From a candidate division FCPU426 bacterium (GTDB lineage Bacteria > Oederibacteriota > Muellerivitia > Muellerivitales > Muellerivitaceae), in the NCBI GenBank assembly GCA_963847625.1, contig CAWKAR010000040.1, forward strand, positions 1-64,000: a stretch of 64,000 bases of DNA, given 5' to 3'. A program made the position numbers and the translations under genes. Each line of letters starts with the position of its first letter. The first letter of the stretch is position 1. Positions 20,252-31,190 of the stretch are shown here, one piece after another. Below the pieces are notes generated by a model, which saw only the letters and a list, made by a program, of their open reading frames with translations, was not told where the DNA came from and made no database searches.

Positions 20252-22534
20252 ATGAAAACAATTGCCAAAATTTGCTTGATTCTATTTTCGATGGCATTGC
20301 AATTCTGTTGGGCCGACACTCATTCATTGAATGCCGCCCGATCCCGAAAGATTCAAAACCGTTTCCCACCTGCCACCACAGCGGTTGACTTAAAGGTGAA
20401 TGCGCTTCTTGCCAAAATGACCCTGGAGGAAAAAATCGGGCAAATGGTTCAATTCAGCCCATGGAAGGATACGGAAGGATCCATGAAAGCCCAAACGGGT
20501 CAGGGAAAAATAGGTTCCCTCCTGAACGTATTCGGGGCTCAAAATACAAACGGGTATCAAAAGGTCGCCGTTGAGGGTTCAAGGCTGCATATTCCCCTTC
20601 TGTTCGGTCTAGACGTCATTCATGGGTATAAAACGATCTTTCCCATTCCATTGGCGGAGGATTGCGCTTGGAATCCGGATTTACTTGAAAAATGCACCCA
20701 TGTAGCCGCCAAGGAAGCCTCTGCTGCAGGTGTGAAGTGGACATTTGCGCCAATGGTGGATGTAAGCCGAGAACCTCGCTGGGGTCGCATCTCGGAAGGT
20801 TCCGGCGAAGACCCAATATTAGGTTCCATTCTCGCGGCTGCCAGAGTTCGGGGTTTCCAGGGAAAAGCCCTGGATAATCCGGATTCCATCGTGGCCTGTG
20901 CCAAGCATTATGTGGGTTATGGAGCCGCCGAAGCGGGTCGGGAATACAACACCACCGATATGTCGGAAGTCACCCTTCGTGAAGTCTATTTGCCGCCTTT
21001 TCAAGCCGCAGTTGGGGCTGGCGTCCGGACAATCATGAGTGCCTTTAACGATTTAAACGGTGTCCCAGCATCCGGAAACCAACATACTTTACGGGAAATT
21101 CTCAAGGGCGAATGGAGTTTTAAGGGCTTTGTGGTTTCGGACTGGGCATCGGTCAAACAATTGGTCCACCATGGTTATGCACGGGATGATAAGGAAGCGG
21201 CTCTCAAAGGAATAATGGCGGGCGTCGATATGAATATGCATTCCAATGTTTTTGGGCAGAACCTCCTTGAACTGGTAAAGGAGAAAAAAATTTCGGTTTC
21301 CCTTATTGATGATGCGGTCAAACGCATCCTGCGGGTCAAGTTCGATCTGGGATTGTTTGACCATCCTTATGCCGATGAAGCTAAGGAGGAAGAGGCGATG
21401 TTGACCCCCGGCAACATGTCCTTGGCCCTCCAAGAAGCCCGGCAATCCATCGTGCTGTTGAAGAATGAAAAAAACCTGCTTCCCCTTTCCAAGGACTTAA
21501 AGAGAGTGGCGGTTATTGGAACCCTGGCATCTTCCAAGGTCGATCCCCTAGGTTCCTGGCACTGCCGGGGGGAGGAGGCATTGGAGAAAGTAGTAACAGT
21601 AATAGATGGTATCAAGGCCAAGGTCTCCCCCCAAACCAAAGTGATTTACGCTCCTGGTGTCGAACCGGAATCCTTGGATGCGCCCCAGTCCCTGATTGAC
21701 GATGCGGTAAGGTGCGCTAAAGAAACCCAAGTTGCGATTGTGGTTGCCGGTGAAAAACAGTCCATGAGCGGCGAGGCAGCCAGCCGTACTTCCCTGGATT
21801 TACCGGGCCGGCAGGAGGAAATGATCAAAGCCATCCAAGCTACTGGCGTACCGGTGGTGTTGGTTTTAATGAATGGCCGCCCTTTAACAATACCCTGGGA
21901 GGCAGAGCATTTACCCGCCATCGTGGAAACGTGGTTTTTAGGGACTCAACAAGGTTTTGCAGTGAGCGACGTTCTTTTTGGCGATTTTAACCCCTCCGGC
22001 AAACTGCCAGTGACTTTCCCCCGCAATCTGGGTCAAATACCCATTTACTATTCCCATAAAAACACGGGAAGACCCGCTATCGGGAAAGATAAATGGGAGT
22101 CAAAATACATCGACTGTCCCAACACACCCCTCTACCCCTTTGGTTACGGTTTAAGTTACACCCAGTTTGAATACTCTCACTTGACCCTAAGTTCCAACAA
22201 CCTCACGCCTTTGGAAACAATCAAAGTACAAACCGAAATCACCAATAAGGGAAAATGGGCGGGGGATGAGATCGTCCAGCTTTATGTCCACGATTCAAGC
22301 GGCACAAGCATCACCCAACCGGTCAAGAAACTCCTGGACTTCAAACATATTTACTTAAACCCCGGGGAAACCCAAACGGTGGAATTTATCCTTCCTGGGC
22401 AAGAACTCGGCTTTTATAACGAAAAAGGGAAATATGTGATCGAGCCGGGATGGTTCGACTTATGGGTTTCAAAGGATTCGGCGGATGATACTCTGAAAGA
22501 TGGTTTCCAATTGGTAAACACTACAAAAAAATAA
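20252..22534 (+). CDS. bglX: Secreted beta-glucosidase, GH3 (BglX-like)
   Basis: Signal peptide; DVIHG, FAPMVDVSREPRWGR, CAKHY, FVVSDW (nucleophile Asp), SGEAASR, PLYPFGYGLSYT, C-terminal Fn3-like domain. Confidence 0.93.
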   Translation: MKTIAKICLILFSMALQFCWADTHSLNAARSRKIQNRFPPATTAVDLKVNALLAKMTLEEKIGQMVQFSPWKDTEGSMKAQTGQGKIGSLLNVFGAQNTNGYQKVAVEGSRLHIPLLFGLDVIHGYKTIFPIPLAEDCAWNPDLLEKCTHVAAKEASAAGVKWTFAPMVDVSREPRWGRISEGSGEDPILGSILAAARVRGFQGKALDNPDSIVACAKHYVGYGAAEAGREYNTTDMSEVTLREVYLPPFQAAVGAGVRTIMSAFNDLNGVPASGNQHTLREILKGEWSFKGFVVSDWASVKQLVHHGYARDDKEAALKGIMAGVDMNMHSNVFGQNLLELVKEKKISVSLIDDAVKRILRVKFDLGLFDHPYADEAKEEEAMLTPGNMSLALQEARQSIVLLKNEKNLLPLSKDLKRVAVIGTLASSKVDPLGSWHCRGEEALEKVVTVIDGIKAKVSPQTKVIYAPGVEPESLDAPQSLIDDAVRCAKETQVAIVVAGEKQSMSGEAASRTSLDLPGRQEEMIKAIQATGVPVVLVLMNGRPLTIPWEAEHLPAIVETWFLGTQQGFAVSDVLFGDFNPSGKLPVTFPRNLGQIPIYYSHKNTGRPAIGKDKWESKYIDCPNTPLYPFGYGLSYTQFEYSHLTLSSNNLTPLETIKVQTEITNKGKWAGDEIVQLYVHDSSGTSITQPVKKLLDFKHIYLNPGETQTVEFILPGQELGFYNEKGKYVIEPGWFDLWVSKDSADDTLKDGFQLVNTTKK

Positions 22535-22751
22535 CCTGCCATTTTCGTACTCGCCCGTTCTCGGTTTTAGCTGGTAGCAGTCGGTTTCTTTGAATCACGG
22601 GGAATTCAAAACACTGGGGTCGCCGTCGAAGGGAAAAGACACGACCCGTTTGAAAATTTTCACGCGTGAAAATACTTTAAGTGAAACCTTGATTGCCGTT
22701 GGAAAGGACGTTCGAAGGGTAGAAACCAATTAACTAATGCCCTGGGAAACC

Positions 22752-25529
22752 TTAATTCGGGGCATAACTCACATAATCAAATTCCCTTTCAGGAATGACT
22801 TCGATATCTTTCATCCCTGGCTTTCTCCACTTCAATGCCAGGTATTGAAAACCCTTCGGCGATCGATAAAAAAGCTGAAGGCGGTGTTTTCCGCGGGTTA
22901 ATTTAATTTTGGCGGTCCGGCTTGGACTCAATGGAATGATTTCACTCCCGTCGATGATTAAACGGGCTAGAGCATTATCCTCAGTGACCGTGAAAAATTC
23001 GTAATCCCCCGTGACATCCGCATGCAGTTTCCCTTCCCACAACGCAGAACCCCAACTTATAGGGAAATCATTCCCATTGACAAAATTAGGCGTTGGTTCC
23101 CACTCGTTCAGGGCTGCTTTCCCGGTCCAATTCGGGCTCGGAAAATATTCAGCCCTAAGGCCGCCCTCTATTTGGGCTGTGGTTAAACAGGAGAATGTTA
23201 AGGGCAGGATGGTCCCGGATTCCGGATGTAAAGCAAATCCCGGTTTCCATGCGCCGGGAGGAGCATCCCAATCAATTCGAATCGGCCAGTAACCCTTCTC
23301 TAAAAACAACGATCCTAAAACGGGGATTCTCTTTACGAATAATCTTGCGCTTCCCTGGCCGAGATTCATAAACCGGTATCGCCCCGTTTTGCTGATATAG
23401 ACGCTCCCGGTAAAAACCGCATGATATGGTCCCGTTGGCAGTCCATACGGGAATTCGGGAACTTGAATGATGCCCGGAACGTTTGAAATTTCAGCCTTGA
23501 GTCCCCTGTATTTAGCCCAAAGCGTGGGCGGGACTTCGAAAAAATAAACGAAATCATTTCCCTGGATATCTTTGGGGTGTATGGCTTTTCCCTGGGGATA
23601 GATTGATTGGAGAAAATTAAGATTACCGGTCTTTCCCTCCTGGAGGGCGTAAAAAAGCCCATGATTCGATGGGATTTGAAGCGGGATTAATTCTTCCGGA
23701 ATAATGAAGCTGTGCATTTGGGAGATGCAGGAATACCCGAGGAATTCAATGGTGGCATCATTGAAATAATTAGGGGATATAAAGTATTCATATGAAATTC
23801 CCCTCCGGGAGGCCTCTCTGCCAGTGGTTGATTCCGAGCAGTTATATTCCTTCCAGCAATTTATATTATTAGCTTGTTTATTAAAATAGACGTCAAAATT
23901 CTGGAAGGTCATAAAGCCAAGCGGCATCACGAGCAAACCTAAGTAAACCTTCTCACCTACTTGGCCCAGAAAAGCCAGAACCCTGCCCCACAGAGCTCCC
24001 AAAGGCACGGCAATTAAAAAAGCGATGTAAGGGGTCATGCCAAACATTCGATTCGCATGGGCCGCGTCCACGGAAAGAAGGCAGGGAAGGCTCATGACAA
24101 AAAAACCCGCTAATGCGTAAAAATACTTCCTTCGACGCCAACGAGCCAAGGAATAAGCCAAACCCAAAACCAGCAAGACCCCCGACACATCATCCAGCAT
24201 CCTGTAATCCTGCAAATTATGGCGAGGATTCGGATCCCCTTTCCGGTTAAACATGATGGAGGTGCGAATCAGGATAGCTAAAAATTGTTTAAAGCTGTGG
24301 GACATTAGTTGCACTTCTCGAAACCCCAAATTTCTTGTTTTAATCATGGTGAAAAGGATGGGGGCCGTAAGAATTAGGGTCAGGATAAAAAATCCCACGA
24401 TTAACATATAGTGCTTTTTTATCATTTTATTACTCACGATCCATTCATAGAGGGCATAAACCACAAGCAATAAAGGAAATATCTTAAAAGCTTGGTAGGT
24501 GTAAAAACCGGCGGAAAAAAAGAAAGCAGCCACAAAAAACGCCCATCGTTTACCGTGATCTAAGCCATAAAGAAGGAAAGCCAGCGTCCCGAACATGTAG
24601 AGGGTCAATTGAACCGTGGGAAACGCGTTACGGTTGAAATTAATATTCCAACGCATGACTGCCAATATAAAGAGGGTTAGTAATGCCATGCGCGGACCCG
24701 CAAGTTGGCGGAAAGTCCAGTAAATAAGAGGTAAGGATATAATGCCAAGAAATGCATAAAAAAGTCTTAGGGTCGCTTCGGATACTCCAAAAGCCTTAAA
24801 CCAAACCGCAAGCATGTAAAGAGCCAAGGCATAAGCGTGAAAGACATCTTCCACGTAGAAGGGATGCCAACCCTCACGAAGGATTCGAAGTGCGGCATAG
24901 CCTTCAAAACCTTGGTCGACGTACAATCCAGATGGGATGGCATCAATTCGGTAAACCCTCAAAAAAACGGCGACGGCAATGATAAAACCTAAAAAAATCA
25001 TCTCCCATTTGAACGATATTGAAAGGCGCTGAAACCCCTCCCGGAACCAGGGACTAAAGCTATGAATGAATAGAACGACTGCTGCAAAAAAAGCAAAAGC
25101 TCCTTTGAGCAGGGTGGAATCATCATACTCTTGTAACCAATACCATTGTCCGATGGCGCCCAAACCGAAGGCTGCGAACAGTTCCATTCCTCGGAAAACA
25201 ATAAACCGCTTATTGGGGATATCGGGTGATTTTAAAAAATTTTTGAACCAATTTGGTCTTGGGAGAGCACGCTTAACACGGGATTGCGGTTTTTTTTTCA
25301 TCTGAAATTTAAAACGTTTATTTCGAAGCAGGGAAATGAAGCGGGCCCAGAAAAAATATATGGCCAAACCGCCCAATGCAGAAAAAAATGATAGAAGCAA
25401 ACCCAGGCTTAATCTTCCTTTAAAAACAATTAAAGTTTGGCCCACTAAAAAAATAAATACCATCAAGGAGACCGATATATATTTCCAATTCAAGCGGAAA
25501 AGGATTGGTTTTGATTTTCCCAAGGCCAT
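22752..25529 (-). CDS. GT-C (PMT/ArnT-like) glycosyltransferase with C-terminal PA14-like domains
   Basis: LRVYRIDAIPSGLYVDQG acidic loop after a TM, many TMs, WNINFNR; soluble tail with FTGSVYISKTGRYRF and GGLRAEYF...SALWEGKL...GDYEF...LIIDG...KLTRGKHRL...LKW. Confidence 0.8.
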   Translation of the reverse strand: MALGKSKPILFRLNWKYISVSLMVFIFLVGQTLIVFKGRLSLGLLLSFFSALGGLAIYFFWARFISLLRNKRFKFQMKKKPQSRVKRALPRPNWFKNFLKSPDIPNKRFIVFRGMELFAAFGLGAIGQWYWLQEYDDSTLLKGAFAFFAAVVLFIHSFSPWFREGFQRLSISFKWEMIFLGFIIAVAVFLRVYRIDAIPSGLYVDQGFEGYAALRILREGWHPFYVEDVFHAYALALYMLAVWFKAFGVSEATLRLFYAFLGIISLPLIYWTFRQLAGPRMALLTLFILAVMRWNINFNRNAFPTVQLTLYMFGTLAFLLYGLDHGKRWAFFVAAFFFSAGFYTYQAFKIFPLLLVVYALYEWIVSNKMIKKHYMLIVGFFILTLILTAPILFTMIKTRNLGFREVQLMSHSFKQFLAILIRTSIMFNRKGDPNPRHNLQDYRMLDDVSGVLLVLGLAYSLARWRRRKYFYALAGFFVMSLPCLLSVDAAHANRMFGMTPYIAFLIAVPLGALWGRVLAFLGQVGEKVYLGLLVMPLGFMTFQNFDVYFNKQANNINCWKEYNCSESTTGREASRRGISYEYFISPNYFNDATIEFLGYSCISQMHSFIIPEELIPLQIPSNHGLFYALQEGKTGNLNFLQSIYPQGKAIHPKDIQGNDFVYFFEVPPTLWAKYRGLKAEISNVPGIIQVPEFPYGLPTGPYHAVFTGSVYISKTGRYRFMNLGQGSARLFVKRIPVLGSLFLEKGYWPIRIDWDAPPGAWKPGFALHPESGTILPLTFSCLTTAQIEGGLRAEYFPSPNWTGKAALNEWEPTPNFVNGNDFPISWGSALWEGKLHADVTGDYEFFTVTEDNALARLIIDGSEIIPLSPSRTAKIKLTRGKHRLQLFYRSPKGFQYLALKWRKPGMKDIEVIPEREFDYVSYAPN

Positions 25530-25639
25530 GGTTCAATCCTTTTTCAATTCAAACTTATTGCGTTTCTTTATGGAAAATAAAAAATTAAGTCGTTTCAAAC
25601 TGATTTTTATCGCAATGGAATGAACGCGTAAAAGCATCA

Positions 25640-26359
25640 TTATACGTGGAATTCCGGCCGGATTCTTAAGGCCAAAGCTTTCCCCAAGTATTGGAGCAAA
25701 GTTATGAGGTGGAGTTTTGAGGCCCCCTTGGCCCGATCAACGAACTCGATGGGAATTTCCACAATCCTTAATTTTGCGCGAAAACATCTGAATAAAATTT
25801 CAGAAATCGTGAAAGGATCCCGTGCTCTTAATGAATCCACCTTTATTTTTTGCAGGGCTTCCCTTGTAAATGCCCGGAAACCCGAAGTCGGGTCTTGAAC
25901 CCTCAAACCCAGTATCCATTTTAAATAAAGTTTCGCGAAGTTACTTGTCAATTGCCGGTGAAAAGGGCGTTCTAGGTCTTTTCCGCCTGGAATATACCGG
26001 CTTCCAATAACCACGTCGGCTTCCTTTGATTTGAGAGGAGCCAGCAAATCCGGAACAAATTTAGGTTGGTGTGATAAATCGGCATCCATTTCCACCACAA
26101 AATCAGCGCCCATAAATAAGGATCTCCTAAAACCATCCCTTCCCGCCCATCCCCTGCCCTTGACTGAACGTTCACGAAGCAGCAAGTGCAGTTTTACATC
26201 TTTTTTTTGCAGCCTTTGCACTTCTTCATAAGTTCCGTCAGGGGAAGAATCGTCAACTGCCAGTATTTCAGCATCCGAAACGCTTTCATGAAGTAGGCGA
26301 ACGAGCTCCCCGATGTTTTGCCTTTCGTTGAAAGTAGGCACCATGATGATTGTTTTCAT
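25640..26359 (-). CDS. Polyprenol monophosphomannose synthase (Dpm1/Ppm1-like GT2)
   Basis: VPTFNE, VDDSSPDGT, EMDADLSHQP, VIGSRYIPGG, DPTSGFR, EIPIEFVDRAKGASK. Confidence 0.85.
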   Translation of the reverse strand: MKTIIMVPTFNERQNIGELVRLLHESVSDAEILAVDDSSPDGTYEEVQRLQKKDVKLHLLLRERSVKGRGWAGRDGFRRSLFMGADFVVEMDADLSHQPKFVPDLLAPLKSKEADVVIGSRYIPGGKDLERPFHRQLTSNFAKLYLKWILGLRVQDPTSGFRAFTREALQKIKVDSLRARDPFTISEILFRCFRAKLRIVEIPIEFVDRAKGASKLHLITLLQYLGKALALRIRPEFHV

Positions 26360-26469
26360 TCAATTTCCAATCAATGTTTTCTTGGTGGAATAGGATGATT
26401 GATAAATATTTAAATCATTTTTCCCGTTCGTTGACCGGGGCGCAAGTAAACCTTTTAAAAATCATGAAT

Positions 26470-27597
26470 TCAAAGTAAAACCGCCAATTGTTTCTTTACC
26501 GCCGCTAACATGTCGGATTCCTTCAAATGATCCATACAAGTAATCTTCTGACTACATCTGGCCTGATAAAAACATTTGCAAGGAAAGGAAGGAAGCACCT
26601 TAACCCCGCGGCCATAAAGATCTATCTCGGAATTGGAAGTGGGTCCAAAATAAGCAACCAAATGTTTTTCCAAAGCAATTCCAACATGAAGGGCCAAAGT
26701 GTCTCCCGTCACTAATATATCCGCTAAATTGACTAAAGCTGCAAACTGCCGCAACGTATTTTCAGTGCCAGTGGATAGGGAAATCCCTTTTAATTTTCGG
26801 GTCATGGCAGGTATGAGCTCCCTTTCTTCGGGCCCTCCATAGAGAAGAATTCCATAATAAGGATTTATTTTTTTTAATTTCCGGGCAAGCCAGGAAAAAC
26901 CTTCCAAACGCCAGCGTTTCATTGGCCAACGGCCGCCGGAACCAATATTCAAACCGATTATTCTTTTAAACCGGGATAACTTGTTTTTACGCGCGAATTT
27001 CTTGGCCCATTCCTTTTCCCCGTCCGTCAGGATCAACTGGGGTTCTTCCCCGGAATATACCAGCCCTCCGATTTGAAATAAGTGGGCTTGGTAGGTTTTC
27101 CGATTGGCCCGCTTCACAGGATCGAAAATTCCCATCTCAAACCATTCTTCTGCAGCAGCACCCAAGGGAACAACAACTCCTTCCGATGAAAGGCCAAATC
27201 CTTTTTTTATAGGAGCGGTACATTCTTGTAGGATTGCGGAAGCCCTCTGGCTCATATCAAAATTAAATGCCCGCCCGAATAAGGTTTTAGAAAATAACCC
27301 TGTTAGGCAAGGCCCCACCGGCAAAAGGACATCGATATATGGATTATTTTCCAGAAGCGGCTGGGAGGACTGCTCGGTTACCCACCAAATGGATAATCCG
27401 GGATTATCTTTTTTAAAAGCGGGAAGGATGGAAGTGGACCTTAATACATCACCAGCCGCATCAAGTTTAATGATGAGGATTCTTTCTTGAACCGGTTCAT
27501 AACGGGGGCAATCCCGGCAAATGACTCCTTGGGTTTTATGAGGGGAACATGGCTTTTCACCAGTGAAATGCCGACAGTCCGCGTGAAAAAAAAGCAT
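26470..27597 (-). CDS. Glycosyltransferase family 9 (heptosyltransferase-like) with Cys-rich termini
   Basis: ILIIKLDAAGDVL, KRW, TGDTLALH, YFGPT. Confidence 0.85.
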   Translation of the reverse strand: MLFFHADCRHFTGEKPCSPHKTQGVICRDCPRYEPVQERILIIKLDAAGDVLRSTSILPAFKKDNPGLSIWWVTEQSSQPLLENNPYIDVLLPVGPCLTGLFSKTLFGRAFNFDMSQRASAILQECTAPIKKGFGLSSEGVVVPLGAAAEEWFEMGIFDPVKRANRKTYQAHLFQIGGLVYSGEEPQLILTDGEKEWAKKFARKNKLSRFKRIIGLNIGSGGRWPMKRWRLEGFSWLARKLKKINPYYGILLYGGPEERELIPAMTRKLKGISLSTGTENTLRQFAALVNLADILVTGDTLALHVGIALEKHLVAYFGPTSNSEIDLYGRGVKVLPSFPCKCFYQARCSQKITCMDHLKESDMLAAVKKQLAVLL

Positions 27598-28157
27598 TAA
27601 ATCCCGCCTTTAATTTAATATTACTCATCTTTCTAAAATGAAAAAACAAATAAACATTACCAATGATCGCCAGAGTGCTACTGGGTAGTCAATTTTACCC
27701 CTCTGGACGTGACTTTGAACTCCGAAATTGAGGCTTTAGAACTTTTTCTAAACTTAGTCCAGTCCATTATTTGGAACCGTGTGCGCTTGGTTCAATTTAC
27801 CACTCTGATTAAATTCTCTACAATATTTTAATATTTCATCCACCTTGGCTCGGATTTCGAATCTTTCGAACGCATTTTCATCAATTGGATACTTGAGTTG
27901 CATGCCCGATAAGACGACTGAACGGGTGTGAAGCGCTGGTTTTCTTGGCCCATTACCGTTTCATGGATTGAGACATTGAAAATCCTCGAGATTACCACCG
28001 ACTTAAAAAGTGGAAAAATTCGTGTTTCTTGTTAAAATTATTGCGTTTTACTGACTCTCGACATCATCATTTAACCTGTTTTTCCCTTTGTTTGGATTAG
28101 TTTTTTGTTTCGATTCGAAAAATCATGATGTCATTTCCAAAAAGCGAATAGGAAAAT

Positions 28158-30950
28158 ATGAAACCTAAAACGAAACGATCGGCCAAAAGCTGGCTGCCCA
28201 CGGCCATTCAAAAAAAGATAGGTCTCAAGAATTCGAATTGGATATATGGAGTTGCCTCCCTTTTGTTTCTCATGGGGCTGGTTTTGATACTAAAAAATTC
28301 CTTCGAATGGGGCTTGGCATTTTCCATATTAGGGCTAACCATGGCTGTTGCTTATATGGGGTTAAATATAGCTGATTTAAGCTTGGACTCTTTTTTCACG
28401 TTGATACCTGTTTCTGAAAAACTAAAAAGAACGAAAAGCCCTGAGTTTCATTCAGCGGTTTTTACTCCTGAAAAAGGGAAAAAAATCACTCCTTCCGGAC
28501 TACTAATCCGTGCGTCCTTGGTTTTAGCCGCCCTCATACTTGGCGTGAAAGGCCAAACAGCTATCGTTGATCTGGTGCGCTCACCCTCCCAGGGCCTTAC
28601 TTATTACTTGATCGGTGTCACCTTATTCCTCGTGGCTTTGTGGCCGTGGCAAAGGGAAAGACTCAAGTTATTGCCGATTTCCCCTTCTGTGGAGTGGGCG
28701 CTTTTCGGCTTAATTTTCGCCTTAGCCGCTTTTTTAAGGGTCTATAAGCTCGACACGATTCCCTCAGGAATTTTTTTCGACATGGGTTTCCAGGGTTATA
28801 GCGCGTTGAGAATCCTGCACGAACATTGGAGACCTTGGGAGTTGAACATTACCGCAGATTTCCCATCGGCGCCCATCCCCATGTATGCGGGAGCACTTTG
28901 GTTCATATTTTTCAAGAATACTCAATTTAACCTGAACCTTTTCTATGTGGTTTTCTGTCTGGCTTCTTTCCCCTTGATTTATTGGACCTTCCGTCAATTA
29001 TCCGGTCCACGGGTAGCTCTCCTGGCCCTTTATATCCTTGCAGTCATGCGTTGGAACATGACCTTCTGCCGCAATTCCTTTCCCCCATCCCTCCTCCCCT
29101 TTTTTATGTTTGGAACTCTGGCCCTATTGTTGTATGGATTGCGCACCCGGAAAAGGTGGCCCTTCCCGGTCGCAGGTTTGTTGTTTGCCGGTGGCCTTTA
29201 TTCCTATCAGACATACGTTATGTTCCTAATAGTGATTTTTCTTTGTGGGTTGTATGAATGTGTTTCCAATTGGAAAGCCGTTAAAGCTAATACTAAAATG
29301 CTAGTTGTTTTCTTGCTGGTTTTTGCGGCGGCAAGCGGGCCTTTTTTCTACCCTATGTTGAAGGGACAAACAGAAAGCCGTTTCCGCCAGCTTTCTATTT
29401 TCGAACGCTGTAAACAACTACATAGCATCAAACCATTATTGGCAAACGTTGAATCCACGGCTTTGATGTTCAACCGGCAGGGGGATGGCAATGCAAGGCA
29501 TAACCTCCAGCTCCACCGCCAATTGGATGACATAACGGGTTTCCTTTTCTTTTTCGGGTTCTTTTACGTTTTGACCCGATGCTGGCGCCGAAAACATTTT
29601 TATACCTTAGTCGGCTTGGTGATTATGGCTTTGCCCTGCCTTATCACCATTGACCCGGCCCATTCCAGCCGCATGCATGGGATGACGGCTTTTGTGGCTT
29701 TGGCGTCGGCTTCTGCGCTCTCGGCCCTCTGGGGTAGATCTCGGGCCTTCTGGGGATTCAGGGGTGAAATTACGTTTTTAATCCTGCTATCCCCGCCCCT
29801 GGTGGAAATGGCGCACCAGAATTTCCACACTTACTTCGTGGAGCAAGCCAATAACAACACCTGTTTTCTCGAGTTTTCCATCGCTGAGACAGCTATTGGT
29901 AAACATTTCGCCCAATACGGCGATAAATATGAATGTTATGTTTCCCCCAGGTATTACCGTTTCTTCACCATTAGTTATTTGACGTATTTTCAGCAGGATC
30001 ATATCCACCCATTACTTCTCCCGGATTGCCCGGCCAAATTGCCCCCGCCTGGTTGCGGCCTTTATTTCGCCCTGGAAGAAGGAAGAACCGGGGTTTTGGA
30101 CCTGCTGAAAACCCTCTACCCCGGCGGCGAGGAAGAATTGGATAAGGATCTTAATGGCCATGCTTATGTTTATTTTTATCGGGTTCCGCCTGAAAAGGTG
30201 GAACAAATGCGGGGCTTAAAGGCTGAATTTTCCAACGGATCCACGATGAAGCAGATTCCCAATTTCCCCTTGGGTCTTCCGGAAGGGCCCTACCATGCCA
30301 CTTTTACTGGGACTTTGTTCATCGATACGCCAAGTTCCTATAAATTCTCGGTTCCTACCAGCAAGGGTTCCATTTCCTGGTCAATCGGGAGCCATTCTGT
30401 TTTGCCAGGTAAAAAATTGAATTTGGCAAAAGGATATTACGGAATCAAAATCGGCTGGGATGCCCCGGAAGGATCTCCACATTTAGATTTTTCCTTTACG
30501 CGTGGAAATGGGGAAAGGGGAATTTTAAGGCCGGCGAATTTTAACTCATTGCCTTACAATCATGGGCTTAAAGGCAGCTACTACAACTCGGTAATGAAGG
30601 GTGAACCAAAATGGGTTCAATGGGATCCCGTCATCAACTATGAGAATGGAAATGACTTTGCCTACCCCTGGGGTTATACAGGGCCCATTCGTTGGTCGGG
30701 CACTTTGCATGTGCCTAAAACCGGAACTTATTTTATAAAAACCCAGTCATACAACAAATCAACAGTCCAGATTGATGGACTACCCCTCAACGTATCCGGT
30801 GAAACTCATTTACTGGAAGGGCCCCATGACATAGAAATTGTTTATCTCTTGCAAGCCGGTCAGGGAGGAGTCATGAGTTTATTTTGGACTCCCCCCGGAT
30901 CAACTAAAATGGAAGTAATACCGAACCGGTACTTTGGTGAGACCCATTAG
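28158..30950 (+). CDS. GT-C (PMT/ArnT-like) glycosyltransferase with C-terminal PA14-like domains; paralogue of 22752..25529
   Basis: LRVYKLDTIPSGIFFDMG, WTFRQLSGPR, MFNRQGDGNARHNL, GLPEGPYHATFTG and NGNDF, all shared with the 22752 protein. Confidence 0.8.
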   Translation: MKPKTKRSAKSWLPTAIQKKIGLKNSNWIYGVASLLFLMGLVLILKNSFEWGLAFSILGLTMAVAYMGLNIADLSLDSFFTLIPVSEKLKRTKSPEFHSAVFTPEKGKKITPSGLLIRASLVLAALILGVKGQTAIVDLVRSPSQGLTYYLIGVTLFLVALWPWQRERLKLLPISPSVEWALFGLIFALAAFLRVYKLDTIPSGIFFDMGFQGYSALRILHEHWRPWELNITADFPSAPIPMYAGALWFIFFKNTQFNLNLFYVVFCLASFPLIYWTFRQLSGPRVALLALYILAVMRWNMTFCRNSFPPSLLPFFMFGTLALLLYGLRTRKRWPFPVAGLLFAGGLYSYQTYVMFLIVIFLCGLYECVSNWKAVKANTKMLVVFLLVFAAASGPFFYPMLKGQTESRFRQLSIFERCKQLHSIKPLLANVESTALMFNRQGDGNARHNLQLHRQLDDITGFLFFFGFFYVLTRCWRRKHFYTLVGLVIMALPCLITIDPAHSSRMHGMTAFVALASASALSALWGRSRAFWGFRGEITFLILLSPPLVEMAHQNFHTYFVEQANNNTCFLEFSIAETAIGKHFAQYGDKYECYVSPRYYRFFTISYLTYFQQDHIHPLLLPDCPAKLPPPGCGLYFALEEGRTGVLDLLKTLYPGGEEELDKDLNGHAYVYFYRVPPEKVEQMRGLKAEFSNGSTMKQIPNFPLGLPEGPYHATFTGTLFIDTPSSYKFSVPTSKGSISWSIGSHSVLPGKKLNLAKGYYGIKIGWDAPEGSPHLDFSFTRGNGERGILRPANFNSLPYNHGLKGSYYNSVMKGEPKWVQWDPVINYENGNDFAYPWGYTGPIRWSGTLHVPKTGTYFIKTQSYNKSTVQIDGLPLNVSGETHLLEGPHDIEIVYLLQAGQGGVMSLFWTPPGSTKMEVIPNRYFGETH

Positions 30951-31190
30951 TTTTACCGAGGAAAACCCCGTTTTTCACATCCTGGAGTTTTAAAACAATC
31001 CCTTCACTATCGTTTTCTCCTAAGTTCTCATAATGATGGGCGCCTTGTCGCCCATAATAAGCTATGATAATATTTCCCGAGTTAATCACGTTTACGTCAA
31101 GGAACCGGTAATATCTAAAATTATTCATTTTGATTTTTCTGGCAGGGTTTGACAAATCGCGTGGGCTTATTGAAAGAAAAGGAGTTTTAT

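Noticed and set aside
27754..27903. 49-aa minus-strand ORF (MQLKYPIDENAFERFEIR...) in the 560-bp spacer
   Set aside because: No RBS or recognisable motif; cannot be supported without a search.
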